DNA from: a virus
Lineage: Duplodnaviria; Caudoviricetes
IMG/VR virus record: IMGVR_UViG_3300036713_000486
Coordinates: 1-51,276 of that record
Length of the DNA stretch: 51,276 nt
Strand: one strand, 5' to 3'
Shown here piece after piece: positions 19,602-29,508 of the stretch. The notes below the pieces were generated by a model. That model ran no database searches, was not told the origin of the DNA, and was given only the letters and a program-made list of their open reading frames with translations. Numbering within the stretch: position 1 is the first letter of the stretch; each line of letters starts with the position of its first letter. The position numbers and the translations under genes were made by a program.

Positions 19602-20257
19602 TGCATATCAAGGTAAACAACATCCAGGCTATCAGTGCCGTTGTCTCCCATCCGCTAACTGGCGCTTGGACGTCCGAATGCGTCATTGACTCACACGACG
19701 CGCTAACGGTAGGCGATACTGTTAGCATCTTAGTTGCCGACATAATGGAATTCAAAGGCACAGTAACGCGGGCTGGTGCATATGGCGGAAGATCTGAGAT
19801 ACGGGTTATAGGTGGGGCAAACGGTCTAAGTAAAGTCATCAACGGAAAGAGCTACAAGAAGCCTACTCTTGGTCTTATCCTGACTGATATCCTGTCTGAA
19901 GCAGGTGAAACTCTCACCGCTGGAATAGATTCAGCAATACTTTCCTATCCGTTCCCACACTGGTGCAGAGCAACCAATCCTGCTAGGCGTGAACTTGTTC
20001 TACTACTTGCCGAGCGGGATAACAATTGGCGTATTTTGCCAAACGGCGAGGTATGGGTAGGAACAGACGATTGGACTGATTCAGACATCGACGAATACGT
20101 GATCGAAACAACAGATAGCAAGGCTGGTCGGATTGTCATTGGTTCAGAACGCCCGACTCTATCACCTGGCGAGGTTTTTGAAGAGAAGCGGATCCAAACG
20201 ATAGTTCACATGCTAGACAACGCAAAACTAAGAACAGAGGTAGTGTTTAGTGATTGA
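19601..20257 (+). CDS. Baseplate hub protein
   Basis: Position; TGAW, VIGGANGL, WRILPNGEVWVG. Confidence 0.6.
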   Translation: MHIKVNNIQAISAVVSHPLTGAWTSECVIDSHDALTVGDTVSILVADIMEFKGTVTRAGAYGGRSEIRVIGGANGLSKVINGKSYKKPTLGLILTDILSEAGETLTAGIDSAILSYPFPHWCRATNPARRELVLLLAERDNNWRILPNGEVWVGTDDWTDSDIDEYVIETTDSKAGRIVIGSERPTLSPGEVFEEKRIQTIVHMLDNAKLRTEVVFSD

Positions 20258-20699
20258 TCGCATACGTGCCAAGGTGGCTCAAGTAATCAGGGAAGAACTT
20301 GCTTTCATCGACACGCATGCAATGTATCCTGGCACCGTCTTCGGGTACGAGAGATCAAACGATGTAGATTACGTCGATGTTAGGTTGGACGATCCTAAGT
20401 TCGGCAAAGGAATCGCTGGCGTTCCAATACGCCCTGGAGTTCCTGGTACGCTGGTTGAAGTCCCCAACGGTGCCAGAGTACTTGTAGGGTTTACAAACGG
20501 AAAGCGATCCCAGCCGATTGCGCATCTTTGGGACAGGGCTGTTCCAACAAAGATCATGTTCGAAGCTGGTACAGAAGTAACCATTGAAGCTACAACAGTC
20601 AAGTTGGGGGATGGGGCTATGTTGGGCGTGGCCAGGCTAGGCGACACGGCAGGACCATACTTGATTACCTCAGCTAGTACAAAAGTAAAGGCGGGATAA
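20250..20699 (+). CDS. Baseplate spike (gpV-like)
   Basis: OB-fold-like VPIRPGVPG...GARVLVGF; VARLGD. Confidence 0.75.
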   Translation: MIDRIRAKVAQVIREELAFIDTHAMYPGTVFGYERSNDVDYVDVRLDDPKFGKGIAGVPIRPGVPGTLVEVPNGARVLVGFTNGKRSQPIAHLWDRAVPTKIMFEAGTEVTIEATTVKLGDGAMLGVARLGDTAGPYLITSASTKVKAG

Positions 20700-20968
20700 T
20701 GCCTCTCATTACTGGTGATGCCGGATGCACAAGTGGGCTATCTAAACGAATCTACGACGCCCGCATAGCGGACGCTGCTGTTATTGGAATTTCTACTGAT
20801 CCAGACGATCATGCTCCAATCAAAGCAGACTGCTACGCGATTGCTACCGCTGTTGTCGCTGAGATCGTGGCCAACGCTGTCGTAACTGTGGCTGCTGGGA
20901 TACCAGTAACAACCTCCGCACCAGCTACTGGAACGACCACCGCGCCTGGGACTGGAACGGTAGCATAA
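20699..20968 (+). CDS. Small baseplate/spike-tip protein
   Basis: TAATG coupling; AIATAVVAEI..NAVV...GTG. Confidence 0.55.
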   Translation: MPLITGDAGCTSGLSKRIYDARIADAAVIGISTDPDDHAPIKADCYAIATAVVAEIVANAVVTVAAGIPVTTSAPATGTTTAPGTGTVA

Positions 20969-21465
20969 TGGCCTCTTACTACTGGACGTCTGCTAGCACA
21001 GCAAAACCTGGAGCACCTCCTAAGTCCACTACCTCGAATACTGTACCAGTTGGGACATCATACGGGATTGACCTAACAACCTGGGCTGCTCCAGGGCAGA
21101 CATCACCTGATCTGGACCCAAACTTCACATTGATCGACGAACGCTCTCAGCGTGGAGTAATAGAGGCAGCAGCGAGAAAATTATGTATGGCTCGTGGCGC
21201 CCTACGTGATTCTCCTAATGAGGGTTATGACCTGCGCGCCCAACTCAGGAAGAAGTGGACGCGGCAGGTTTTATTTAACGTTCAAACTGCTTGTGAAGGT
21301 GAAACAGAAAAGGACGAGCGCGTATACAGCTCGTCGGCCGCAATAAAGTGGAACGAAACAAACAGAGAACTAACAGTGCGCATCCTGATCGACTCAATGT
21401 TCGGGAACTTCCAACTCAACATGTCGATCGATGATGTGACTGTGGCAAAACTGAGGCAAGGATGA
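20968..21465 (+). CDS. Baseplate wedge (gp25/gp46-like)
   Basis: YGIDL, RGAL...PNEGYDLR, KDERV; precedes baseplate J. Confidence 0.7.
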   Translation: MASYYWTSASTAKPGAPPKSTTSNTVPVGTSYGIDLTTWAAPGQTSPDLDPNFTLIDERSQRGVIEAAARKLCMARGALRDSPNEGYDLRAQLRKKWTRQVLFNVQTACEGETEKDERVYSSSAAIKWNETNRELTVRILIDSMFGNFQLNMSIDDVTVAKLRQG

Positions 21466-22862
21466 CAACTCTTTCTGAGCTGCTCACCGTCGACACTCGA
21501 GATGAAGTGCTAGCCAGCATGGTGGAGGCGTTGCAAGAGGTGGGATTCCCAGCCTCATCATGGCACTCCACCAGCGTCCCAAGGCGCTTACTTACAGCTA
21601 TAGCACAAGTCTTTTCGACATACACAGTGACCCGTGCGCTAATGGCTAGAGGTGGGCTTTTAGATTACGCTTCCACCGGATGGCTCACTATGCTTGCAAT
21701 GAGTCAATATCAAATAGAACGGCAAGCAGCGCAAGCGGCCGTAGGTACAGCCGTTGCGGCGGACGTCTCTAGCGCTGGCCCTTGGACATTCAGCGCTGGA
21801 GAATTATGGTTCGTTTCCACTGGTGGAAAGAGATTCTATAATACTGAAGAGATCACAATAGCACAGGACGCGACGTTATCATTTGAGATCCAGGCCGAAG
21901 AAGCGTCTTCAGATTACAATGTCGCGACAGATCAAATCACTCAACTTGTAACTTCTGTCGCTGGGCTTGGTTTTGCTACCATGACCGATGTGGTAGCAAC
22001 CGGGGCCACAGGCCTACCCACAGTCACAGCAAGCGGCACCCCTGTTAGCAAGTATGAGATTCTTATTGAGATCACGACCACAGGGATCCTTGGGACTGCA
22101 TTGTTTCGTTGGAGCGACGATGCTGGCGCTACATGGAATGCGACTGGAGTAACAGTTCCTGGCGGCGGGACATATGTCTTAGGCGCAACAGGCATCACAG
22201 CCACATTTAACGCTGGCACATACACAGACGGAGACACGTATCGATGGAACACGAACTGTACATCTTTCAATCCATCGTCCGAGTGGCTAACAACAAGTGG
22301 TCAAACAGAAGAGTCCAACGAAGACCTTGTGGCGAGAGCTAAAGCAAAGTGGTCTACTTTGGGATACGGACAAAATGACGATTGGTGGACCTACCAAGCG
22401 CTTAACTGTCCTGTCTACGGAGTAGAAGTAAACCGTGTAAGAGTAGACACTGGTGCGCTTGGAACAAGTGCTATTACAATAACATTGGCTGGGACAAGCG
22501 GAGCTATACCTACGGTGTCACTTGCTGGTATTGACACATTTCTTCAGGCTATCAAAAGCAACACCACCCAATTAAGTGTGCAAAACGCAACACCGGTTGC
22601 GATCGATATTACAGCTACAGTCAATGTATATTCCACATACGAATCAGAAGCACTTTCTGGCATAACTTCTGCCGTCAATTCATACCTGCAAAGCGTTCCT
22701 ATGGGTGGAGATGTTTATATTTCAAAGATTATTGATGCTATACAGTGGGATGACGACAAGGTGCGTGACACTGTGCTGACTGTCCCTGCATCTGACACAT
22801 CTCTCACTGATTATCAGGTGGCTGTTCTAGGAACGCTAACTCTGACGATCAACGGTGTATAG
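21462..22862 (+). CDS. Baseplate J-like protein with inserted domain
   Basis: LDYASTGWL, AEEASSDYN, GQTEESNEDLVAR, VPMGGDVYISKI. Confidence 0.88.
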   Translation: MTTLSELLTVDTRDEVLASMVEALQEVGFPASSWHSTSVPRRLLTAIAQVFSTYTVTRALMARGGLLDYASTGWLTMLAMSQYQIERQAAQAAVGTAVAADVSSAGPWTFSAGELWFVSTGGKRFYNTEEITIAQDATLSFEIQAEEASSDYNVATDQITQLVTSVAGLGFATMTDVVATGATGLPTVTASGTPVSKYEILIEITTTGILGTALFRWSDDAGATWNATGVTVPGGGTYVLGATGITATFNAGTYTDGDTYRWNTNCTSFNPSSEWLTTSGQTEESNEDLVARAKAKWSTLGYGQNDDWWTYQALNCPVYGVEVNRVRVDTGALGTSAITITLAGTSGAIPTVSLAGIDTFLQAIKSNTTQLSVQNATPVAIDITATVNVYSTYESEALSGITSAVNSYLQSVPMGGDVYISKIIDAIQWDDDKVRDTVLTVPASDTSLTDYQVAVLGTLTLTINGV

Positions 22863-22864
22863 TT

Positions 22865-23605
22865 ATGGCAACTATTACACTAAAAGAAATGTTGGCGAAA
22901 GAGATGCCGCCATGGCTATCTGGCCCATGGGGGACGAAGTGGACGAACGCTCTAGGCGCTATATTCGACACCCTGCACACTGAGACAAAAAACGCAGTCA
23001 AAGAGCGCTTCATTCTTGAATGTTCTGACGAAGCTGTGGTTTTTATAAGCAATGAGAGGCAGATAGAGCAATCGCCAGGCGAATCTATTGATGGATGGAG
23101 AAGCAGAACGTGGGCGGCATGGGACACGTGGAAGTTTTGTGGTGTTGACTATGGGGTTTACCGGGCATTTGAAGCTATAGGATGGACTCCAACATTATGG
23201 TTGACGTCTCCAATGTTTAGTTGGCCTACTATTTGGAGCGACGATGCTAATGTGTGGATCGCATCAGCTTATCAGTGGACAGCATGCCCAGATGGTGACG
23301 ACGTTGCTGGCCATGGCCACCGGTTTTGGGTTCTAGCTAACGGGTATGGGATTGGATATACAACTGATACTTGGGGAGATCCTGGCACGTGGGGCGATGG
23401 GGGAGCGTGGAGCTTCGCTAATGTTACTGCGGACGAGGTAGATAGATGGATCCGTAACATTAGGAAATGGAAGCATTCTAGCGCTACGTGCCCAGCGATC
23501 TACATGGCCATGACGTCGGGGGATTGGCCTCCTACATTCATAGATCCTAGCGGATTCGAATCACTGCCAAGTGTACTAGAAATATTTGTTGGAGAGGGAA
23601 CATGA
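22865..23605 (+). CDS. Baseplate/tail protein I-like
   Basis: Follows J; ERQIEQSPGES...WRSR...WDTW; IRKWKHS. Confidence 0.65.
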   Translation: MATITLKEMLAKEMPPWLSGPWGTKWTNALGAIFDTLHTETKNAVKERFILECSDEAVVFISNERQIEQSPGESIDGWRSRTWAAWDTWKFCGVDYGVYRAFEAIGWTPTLWLTSPMFSWPTIWSDDANVWIASAYQWTACPDGDDVAGHGHRFWVLANGYGIGYTTDTWGDPGTWGDGGAWSFANVTADEVDRWIRNIRKWKHSSATCPAIYMAMTSGDWPPTFIDPSGFESLPSVLEIFVGEGT

Positions 23606-24486
23606 GTAAAGCACTGACTCCAGTCGCCACCTGGCAATCAACTGTCACATGCCCAACTGATGGGGACGAAAGGAATGCTGCAAGCGTTGAGGTTGGTCTT
23701 CAAGGTACACTAAATAGAACCGAAGTCCTCGTGCCCGACGTCCAACGCTTCGAAGCCAATGGCACGTGGACTAAGCCCGATCATTCCCTGTGGCATGAGG
23801 TCCTGTTCATCGGCGAGGGTGGCAGCGGAGGGGACGGAGGCGGCGATGGCGTTAGCTCCCCGTCCAACGCCGGCGGAGGCGGCGGAGGCGGTGGCTCCGG
23901 AGCGATCAATCGTATCCGGTTCGCCGCCGAGGATTTACCCGATTCGCTGACGATAGTCGTCGGGACCGGGGGATCCGGGACTCACACTTCGCTGACCGGA
24001 ACGGGGTTCTTTCTGCGGGCGGATTCCGCTAGCGATGGCGATGACGGGGGCCTAGACGGATCCGTGGGCGAAGGGGGCACTGGGGGTTACAGGGAGCATG
24101 GGGATACCGTCGACGGCCAAGACGGCGGAGAAGGGTACACAGTTAGCCCTAGCGATGGTCTTACCGCTTCTGCGGATAGCTTTGCCGGAGGTGGTACGCC
24201 AGGGGCAGGCGGTGCGTCCGGTGTCCCCACTGAGGGCGCGTCCGGCGGCACCGCTGGCCTAGGCTATGGGGCCGGCGGCGGAGGCGGCGGAGGCGGCGGT
24301 GGCTTTGGCGGCACGCTCTACTCCGGTGGTGGCGGTGGCGGGGCTCCTGGATACGGTAATGCAGCCCTCGCTACCGACGGCGCCGACGGAGCAAACACGC
24401 CAGATTTCATAGTCATTGGCGAGGGCGGCGCGGGGGGCACTGGCGCCCCTGGGCTCGTCGTGATCACTACGTGGAGAGGGGCATGA
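23602..24486 (+). CDS. Glycine-rich tail fibre protein
   Basis: FEANGTWTKP...GEGGSGG...GGGG...GAPGLVVITTW. Confidence 0.75.
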   Translation: MSKALTPVATWQSTVTCPTDGDERNAASVEVGLQGTLNRTEVLVPDVQRFEANGTWTKPDHSLWHEVLFIGEGGSGGDGGGDGVSSPSNAGGGGGGGGSGAINRIRFAAEDLPDSLTIVVGTGGSGTHTSLTGTGFFLRADSASDGDDGGLDGSVGEGGTGGYREHGDTVDGQDGGEGYTVSPSDGLTASADSFAGGGTPGAGGASGVPTEGASGGTAGLGYGAGGGGGGGGGGFGGTLYSGGGGGGAPGYGNAALATDGADGANTPDFIVIGEGGAGGTGAPGLVVITTWRGA

Positions 24487-24988
24487 AAACCTTAACGCCA
24501 GCGACAACAAGTCCGGCTGACGATTTGCCAGATGCAGTTGCACCAGAAGTGGTTGATGAGCCATCCCCAAAGACATTTGAGGAAGCTTTTCAAGCCATAG
24601 CAGACAGGGCACAAAAGCCTATTGATGCGTTGTCAACGTCCTACGTGTGGCGGGTGTACGAGTATGAAGGTGGAGCTGTTGGTGCAGCACTTCTAAGTGT
24701 CGGCGACTGTTTATGCGCAGGAGCAGGGGATGGTACAGTATATAAAGCAACCTTAGCTAACCTATCAAACTCAGGTATCCCGCTAGGCATTATGTGTGCG
24801 GCAGCGAACGGAAAGTACATACCTGTGGCGGTAGCAGGCATAGTACCGACGTCAATCACAGGTCTAGGCTCCGGCACTGGTGGTGAGCTTGTTAGAGTTG
24901 ACCGTACAGCAGGAACACCTGTTAGAGGGGAATTAGAAGGTACCAACTATTTCTTAGGCCGCGCAGGCACAAACGGTGCCCTCACTAT
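24483..24988 (+). repeat. Copy 1 of a 506-bp colinear duplication
   Basis: Blocks identical to 26111-26616 at a constant offset of 1628. Confidence 0.95.
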
Positions 24989-26114
24989 TACGATTGATCG
25001 CTCTCCATGGAATCCAAATGACTTGAACCCAGTCTGGTTTGAAGACGATGGTTCTAGGGTTTTCAGCGAAGACCCATCAATAGAAGATGGTGACATGGAG
25101 GCAGCGACATTCGTTCCACCATGGCTGTCTATGACGGCAGGCACCTTCTCGAAGGAGACTGTATCTCCCCACGGAGGGTCGCAAGTCGGTCGAATAGCCT
25201 ACAATGGAACAAGCTCCCCTGCTGTGCGAGTGCTACCGTATACTGTCGGCAGACGATATACTGGAGCGGTCGTTTACGGTCGCGGAGACGGTGGTTCTGG
25301 TATCCCACGGTTCTGGGCTTCCAACGAGATCGTTACTGGTACAAATTCTACCGCGTGGCAGAGTCTTACGGCAGACAACTTTACCGCCACTTCTACTAAT
25401 TTACGGTTGAACAACATCGCATCTGCGTCAGGATATGCTGATTTTGATGACGTTAACCCTGGAACGTGCATCTCCATAAGTGAGATAGCTCCGACATTCA
25501 CAAGTTCTGCGCAAGGGTCATTTACTCAATCAACGCCAACGGATGAAGGGTGGGAAGATCCTGTCACATCATGGATCTCTGCGGATGGTGTTTCTGATCA
25601 CTACGAATACGATGGAAGCAAAAGCGACTTTACGTTTCTTCACTACTCTACAATAGGGTCCAACTACCCAGTATTCACAATATGTTTCGCTGTAAACGTG
25701 GACCTGTCAGTTGCTGGTTGCCTATTCAGCACAGGGACATTGGGTGGCAGAGGGTTCACGTTAGATTACCTTGTCAGCGGAGCCATTGTAGCTGCAGTTT
25801 ACAGTTCTGCCGGTGTATTGACCAGTTCAGTTACTGTTGGTAGCTCATTGTCAACATTGACATCTCACGTTGTAACGTGCGTCTCCAATGGAACAATCTT
25901 AAAGATTTACATCGACGGGGTTTTATCATCAAGCGCATCATCCTACTCAGGAGTACCTGAGTCTGGAGACTGCACCGGCACTCCAACAATGCTTACCGAC
26001 GGGTCCTCTTTTACCAAAGGCTCCGTAACCCGGCCATTCTTTACTGACTCAGCACTAAGTGACACAGACCGTGAGCAACTTGAGGCGTGGTATACGGAGG
26101 AATACTCGATATGA
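24483..26114 (+). CDS. Tail fibre/receptor-binding protein with CBM-like and LamG-like domains
   Basis: DGDME..W..HGGSQ..FDDV (CBM4/9-like); HVVTCV.NGT.LKIYIDG (LamG-like). Confidence 0.7.
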   Translation: MKTLTPATTSPADDLPDAVAPEVVDEPSPKTFEEAFQAIADRAQKPIDALSTSYVWRVYEYEGGAVGAALLSVGDCLCAGAGDGTVYKATLANLSNSGIPLGIMCAAANGKYIPVAVAGIVPTSITGLGSGTGGELVRVDRTAGTPVRGELEGTNYFLGRAGTNGALTITIDRSPWNPNDLNPVWFEDDGSRVFSEDPSIEDGDMEAATFVPPWLSMTAGTFSKETVSPHGGSQVGRIAYNGTSSPAVRVLPYTVGRRYTGAVVYGRGDGGSGIPRFWASNEIVTGTNSTAWQSLTADNFTATSTNLRLNNIASASGYADFDDVNPGTCISISEIAPTFTSSAQGSFTQSTPTDEGWEDPVTSWISADGVSDHYEYDGSKSDFTFLHYSTIGSNYPVFTICFAVNVDLSVAGCLFSTGTLGGRGFTLDYLVSGAIVAAVYSSAGVLTSSVTVGSSLSTLTSHVVTCVSNGTILKIYIDGVLSSSASSYSGVPESGDCTGTPTMLTDGSSFTKGSVTRPFFTDSALSDTDREQLEAWYTEEYSI

Positions 26115-26616
26115 AAACCTTAACGCCAGCGACAACAAGTCCGGCTGACGATTTGCCAGATGCACTCACCCCAGACATCAGCGATCCGTTTGGCCCATCA
26201 ATATTCGAGATTGTGCTTCAAGCTGCCACAGATCGGATCCAGAAACCTATTGATGCGTTGTCAACGTCCTACGTGTGGCGGGTGTACGAGTATGAAGGTG
26301 GAGCTGTTGGTGCAGCACTTCTAAGTGTCGGCGACTGTTTATGCGCAGGAGCAGGGGATGGATATGCGTACGACGCAACTTCAGCTAACCTATCAAACTC
26401 AGGTGTCCCGCTAGGCATTATGTGTGCGGCAGCGAACGGAAAGTACATACCTGTGGCGGTAGCAGGCATAGTACCGACGTCAATCACAGGTCTAGGCTCC
26501 GGCACTGGTGGGGAGCTTGTTCGAGTCGACCCTACAACAGGAACACCTATTAGAGGTGTTATTTCTGGAACCAATTATATCCTTGGCCGCGCAGGCACAA
26601 ACGGTGCCCTCACTAT
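26111..26616 (+). repeat. Copy 2 of the 506-bp duplication
   Basis: Matches 24483-24988. Confidence 0.95.
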
Positions 26617-26641
26617 CTCACTCGGCCAAGTGGTAGTTTAA
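26111..26641 (+). CDS. Short paralog of the fibre N-terminal domain
   Basis: Same MKTLTPATTSPADDLPDA start; ends just after the shared region. Confidence 0.8.
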   Translation: MKTLTPATTSPADDLPDALTPDISDPFGPSIFEIVLQAATDRIQKPIDALSTSYVWRVYEYEGGAVGAALLSVGDCLCAGAGDGYAYDATSANLSNSGVPLGIMCAAANGKYIPVAVAGIVPTSITGLGSGTGGELVRVDPTTGTPIRGVISGTNYILGRAGTNGALTISLGQVVV

Positions 26642-26660
26642 CAAATAGAAAGCAATCAAA

Positions 26661-27047
26661 ATGGCACTCACGACCATTGGAACAGTTGCAATCAAACTCG
26701 CGTCATTCCTAGCAGGGCACCAACAAGCTGGTTCTGGAGCGGTATTGGTGGAGCGTCCAGACAATACCCTGGTGATTCAACAGGCAAACGATGCAGGCGT
26801 TTCTAAGGTAGACGGTGTGCTTCGTGATTGGGAGGCGTATACTCCAGATCCTGCTGACATCCCCAATGGTCCTTGTGACGCTGTATGGGTTAGCACAGAT
26901 GATGCGACAATAACAGGTATTTCAGCGGACGGAAGCGTAAGTCAAACAACCCCTGCATTGCCAAACAAAGCTTGGGTTGCAATGTCTTTTAGTAGAATTA
27001 CTGCCGTGTCAGCAGGAACGCTGTATATCGGATGGTACAAGAAATAA
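26661..27047 (+). CDS. Hypothetical virion protein
   Basis: Intact ORF in the fibre cluster. Confidence 0.55.
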   Translation: MALTTIGTVAIKLASFLAGHQQAGSGAVLVERPDNTLVIQQANDAGVSKVDGVLRDWEAYTPDPADIPNGPCDAVWVSTDDATITGISADGSVSQTTPALPNKAWVAMSFSRITAVSAGTLYIGWYKK

Positions 27048-27056
27048 GGAATAAAA

Positions 27057-27485
27057 ATGCCTAAAGGAACTACATACAGCAACGATATGCTGAAACTGGT
27101 GTTCAACGCCGTCGCGATCGCTGGTATTGCAGACGACGCATCAGTTTCTGCATTGACACATCTCCAGGTTGGGCTGCACACTAGCGATCCTGGTGTGGGT
27201 GGCAGTCAGACGACGAATGAGTGTGGGTATACTGGATATGGTCGTATCGCGGTGGTCCGCTCTGCCGTCGGTTGGACAGTGACCGGCAACAGCGTGTCGC
27301 CAGCCGCTGCAATCACATTTGCTGAGGCGACTGGTGGAAGTGAGACAGCGACACATTTTTCAGTCGGGACCGACGCTTCAGGCGCTGGCAAGATCCTGTA
27401 TACTGGCACAGTCACACCGAATGTTGTGATTACAAGTGGAGTCACTCCTGAGTTAAGTACTTCTACTGCTATTACAGAAAGCTAA
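27057..27485 (+). CDS. Tail fibre-associated structural protein
   Basis: RBS AAGGA; VGLHTSDPG..TTNE.GYTGYGR.AV, ITFAEATG, ILYTG. Confidence 0.7.
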   Translation: MPKGTTYSNDMLKLVFNAVAIAGIADDASVSALTHLQVGLHTSDPGVGGSQTTNECGYTGYGRIAVVRSAVGWTVTGNSVSPAAAITFAEATGGSETATHFSVGTDASGAGKILYTGTVTPNVVITSGVTPELSTSTAITES

Positions 27486-27488
27486 ACA

Positions 27489-28493
27489 ATGAGCTTTATT
27501 GGCGTAGGCGTTGGTATAGGCGTTGGTATTGGCCCAGGTTCCGCCGGCCTTCGTGGATGGGTCGGTTACGCGGCTGGTTCTTCTGTCGTTACAGGTATCG
27601 CTTCAGGAAGCGGCGCTGCGATAGGCGCTAGTGCCGGGTCGGCTGATGTTACAGCAGTCGGCAAGTCTACGTTTGCAGCGGCCGGTTCATCGGCCGGGAC
27701 TTCGACTGCCACAGCCGAATTCGCATTCACTGCTGTCGCGGTGGGGTCTGCCGCTGGCGTCGCCACAGTGGCAGGTGTTAGCGCAGGAGGTCTGCCTGAT
27801 TCTCTCAGTCCTGTTTGGTCCGAAGACCCAGACTCGCGCACCTACAATGGCTCCTACGTATCCGCTATCGACCCGACGAGCGGCAGCGACCTTACAGACT
27901 CGTTTGAGCAGGCGACTGAAGCGGACCAGCCGACCGAGCATGCGAACGGGCGGCTTGTGTTCAGCGGCGATCAGGTTATCTCGTACGCTGGCAGCAAGAG
28001 CGATTTTACCTTCCTCCATTACGATTCCGCAGGTTCAGGAAACAGGCCAAACTGGACCATTGGCGCCAGGATGGTTGTCGACACGGTAGGTGCTACTCAG
28101 GCACTGATCTACACTGGATTTTCGCCTGGGATTTACGTCTACATTTCAGGCACTGGCGCAATAAATGCAACGATCAAGCATGCAACGGGCAACCTTGCGA
28201 CAGGGACCACTGCGGCAGGGCTGGTATCGTCTGGCACAGCATTCACCATCGTCATCATCTCAGACGGAGAGAATCAGGAGCTGAAGGTGCGGATCAATGG
28301 CAGTGAGACTGTAGTGGATTCGACTTACGTTGGCACACCTGCCAGCGGGGATTCTTCGCTAAAGACATCGCTAGGCGCATCCGAAACTGGCACATGGGAT
28401 CTAACTGGACAAATCGGCGCGCCAACATTTTTCGATCGTGTCCTTACTGGCACAGATCTTACAGATTTCGAAACATGGTTAGGGACGCAATAA
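27489..28493 (+). CDS. Ala/Gly/Ser-repeat stalk plus LamG-like protein
   Basis: Repeats of G.SAG.S.; C-terminal domain similar to that of 24483-26114. Confidence 0.7.
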   Translation: MSFIGVGVGIGVGIGPGSAGLRGWVGYAAGSSVVTGIASGSGAAIGASAGSADVTAVGKSTFAAAGSSAGTSTATAEFAFTAVAVGSAAGVATVAGVSAGGLPDSLSPVWSEDPDSRTYNGSYVSAIDPTSGSDLTDSFEQATEADQPTEHANGRLVFSGDQVISYAGSKSDFTFLHYDSAGSGNRPNWTIGARMVVDTVGATQALIYTGFSPGIYVYISGTGAINATIKHATGNLATGTTAAGLVSSGTAFTIVIISDGENQELKVRINGSETVVDSTYVGTPASGDSSLKTSLGASETGTWDLTGQIGAPTFFDRVLTGTDLTDFETWLGTQ

Positions 28494-28831
28494 TGCCAAT
28501 GGTATTGGAAGCAAACAATCCAGGGATGATGAACGTTGCAGAGTTGTTCGTCAACAATCTTACAGGATACCCGAGCGCTGGTGTGCGTCGAGGTAAAACA
28601 ATCACATCTCCGTCAGGCAGCCCAGGGTGGACAATGCGCAAAGAGCGCTCGAGACTGTGTGCAGATGGGACTTGGCGCTATCCGATATCAGACAGTGTCG
28701 CCGCACTGATTTCTGAAGCCAGAAGTACTCCACCGCCACAACGGACCATGACCCAGAAAACTTTGGCGGCATTGCCTGAACCTGTATACGTGCCAAAGGA
28801 AGATCTGGAAGAGGAGATCGCTCCGCTATGA
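28493..28831 (+). CDS. Hypothetical protein (start ATG 28493)
   Basis: TAATG coupling. Confidence 0.55.
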   Translation: MPMVLEANNPGMMNVAELFVNNLTGYPSAGVRRGKTITSPSGSPGWTMRKERSRLCADGTWRYPISDSVAALISEARSTPPPQRTMTQKTLAALPEPVYVPKEDLEEEIAPL

Positions 28832-29496
28832 AGCTACATCTAGCTGTATTTGTCGCATTCCTGGCTGTCATTGGATGCCATACTGACAAGCTGGATTGGC
28901 CGGCCGATTGTGAGGTGGGTGTAGATTGCGCAGTTGCATTTCCAGATCTCGATCGAGACAATGTGGCGAATGTATGCGCCAAAGCAGGGTATCCAGGCCA
29001 TGAGGGCACCGACATATTCGCCGCATACGGCTCCGATGTCTACGCAGCACAAGACGGTGTGGTCAAATGGGTGTTCGACGGAAAGTTCGACCGATGCCCA
29101 AATGCTGCGGAGCCTGACTGCCAATTCCCTGGATACCGTGTGTGCACCGAGCGGCTCGATGAATATTGCGAGGGGCATGACCCCCTGCAATTTGGGTGCA
29201 TTTGGTGCTTTTACGATGGGAACTTGATTGTCATTGAGCATCCGGACAACGAGCTTGTTTTCGCGACCAGATACGGGCACCTAAAACTTGGCTCGCCGCT
29301 TGTCGAGCCAGGCCAACATGTGGTTCGCGGCGAAAAAATTGCCGAGGTTGGTTCGTCAGGCAACGCGACCAAGCCGCACCTACATTTCGAGGTATGGCAA
29401 GGCGGGTATTACTTGCCCGTCGACCCGTGGCATGGCGACTGCGGTCCGGATGAGGGGTTGTGGATCGAACAACCCGAGCCTCCGTGGATCCCGTAG
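28828..29496 (+). CDS. M23 metallopeptidase, probable lipoprotein
   Basis: HEGTD, YGHL, VGSSGNATKPHLHFEV; signal peptide ending VIGC. Confidence 0.9.
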   Translation: MKLHLAVFVAFLAVIGCHTDKLDWPADCEVGVDCAVAFPDLDRDNVANVCAKAGYPGHEGTDIFAAYGSDVYAAQDGVVKWVFDGKFDRCPNAAEPDCQFPGYRVCTERLDEYCEGHDPLQFGCIWCFYDGNLIVIEHPDNELVFATRYGHLKLGSPLVEPGQHVVRGEKIAEVGSSGNATKPHLHFEVWQGGYYLPVDPWHGDCGPDEGLWIEQPEPPWIP

Positions 29497-29508
29497 GAAA
29501 GGAAGACA

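Noticed and set aside
24483-26616. Diversity-generating retroelement TR/VR pair
   Set aside because: Mismatches include T/C and G/C changes and are not adenine-specific; the repeat is N-terminal; no reverse transcriptase seen
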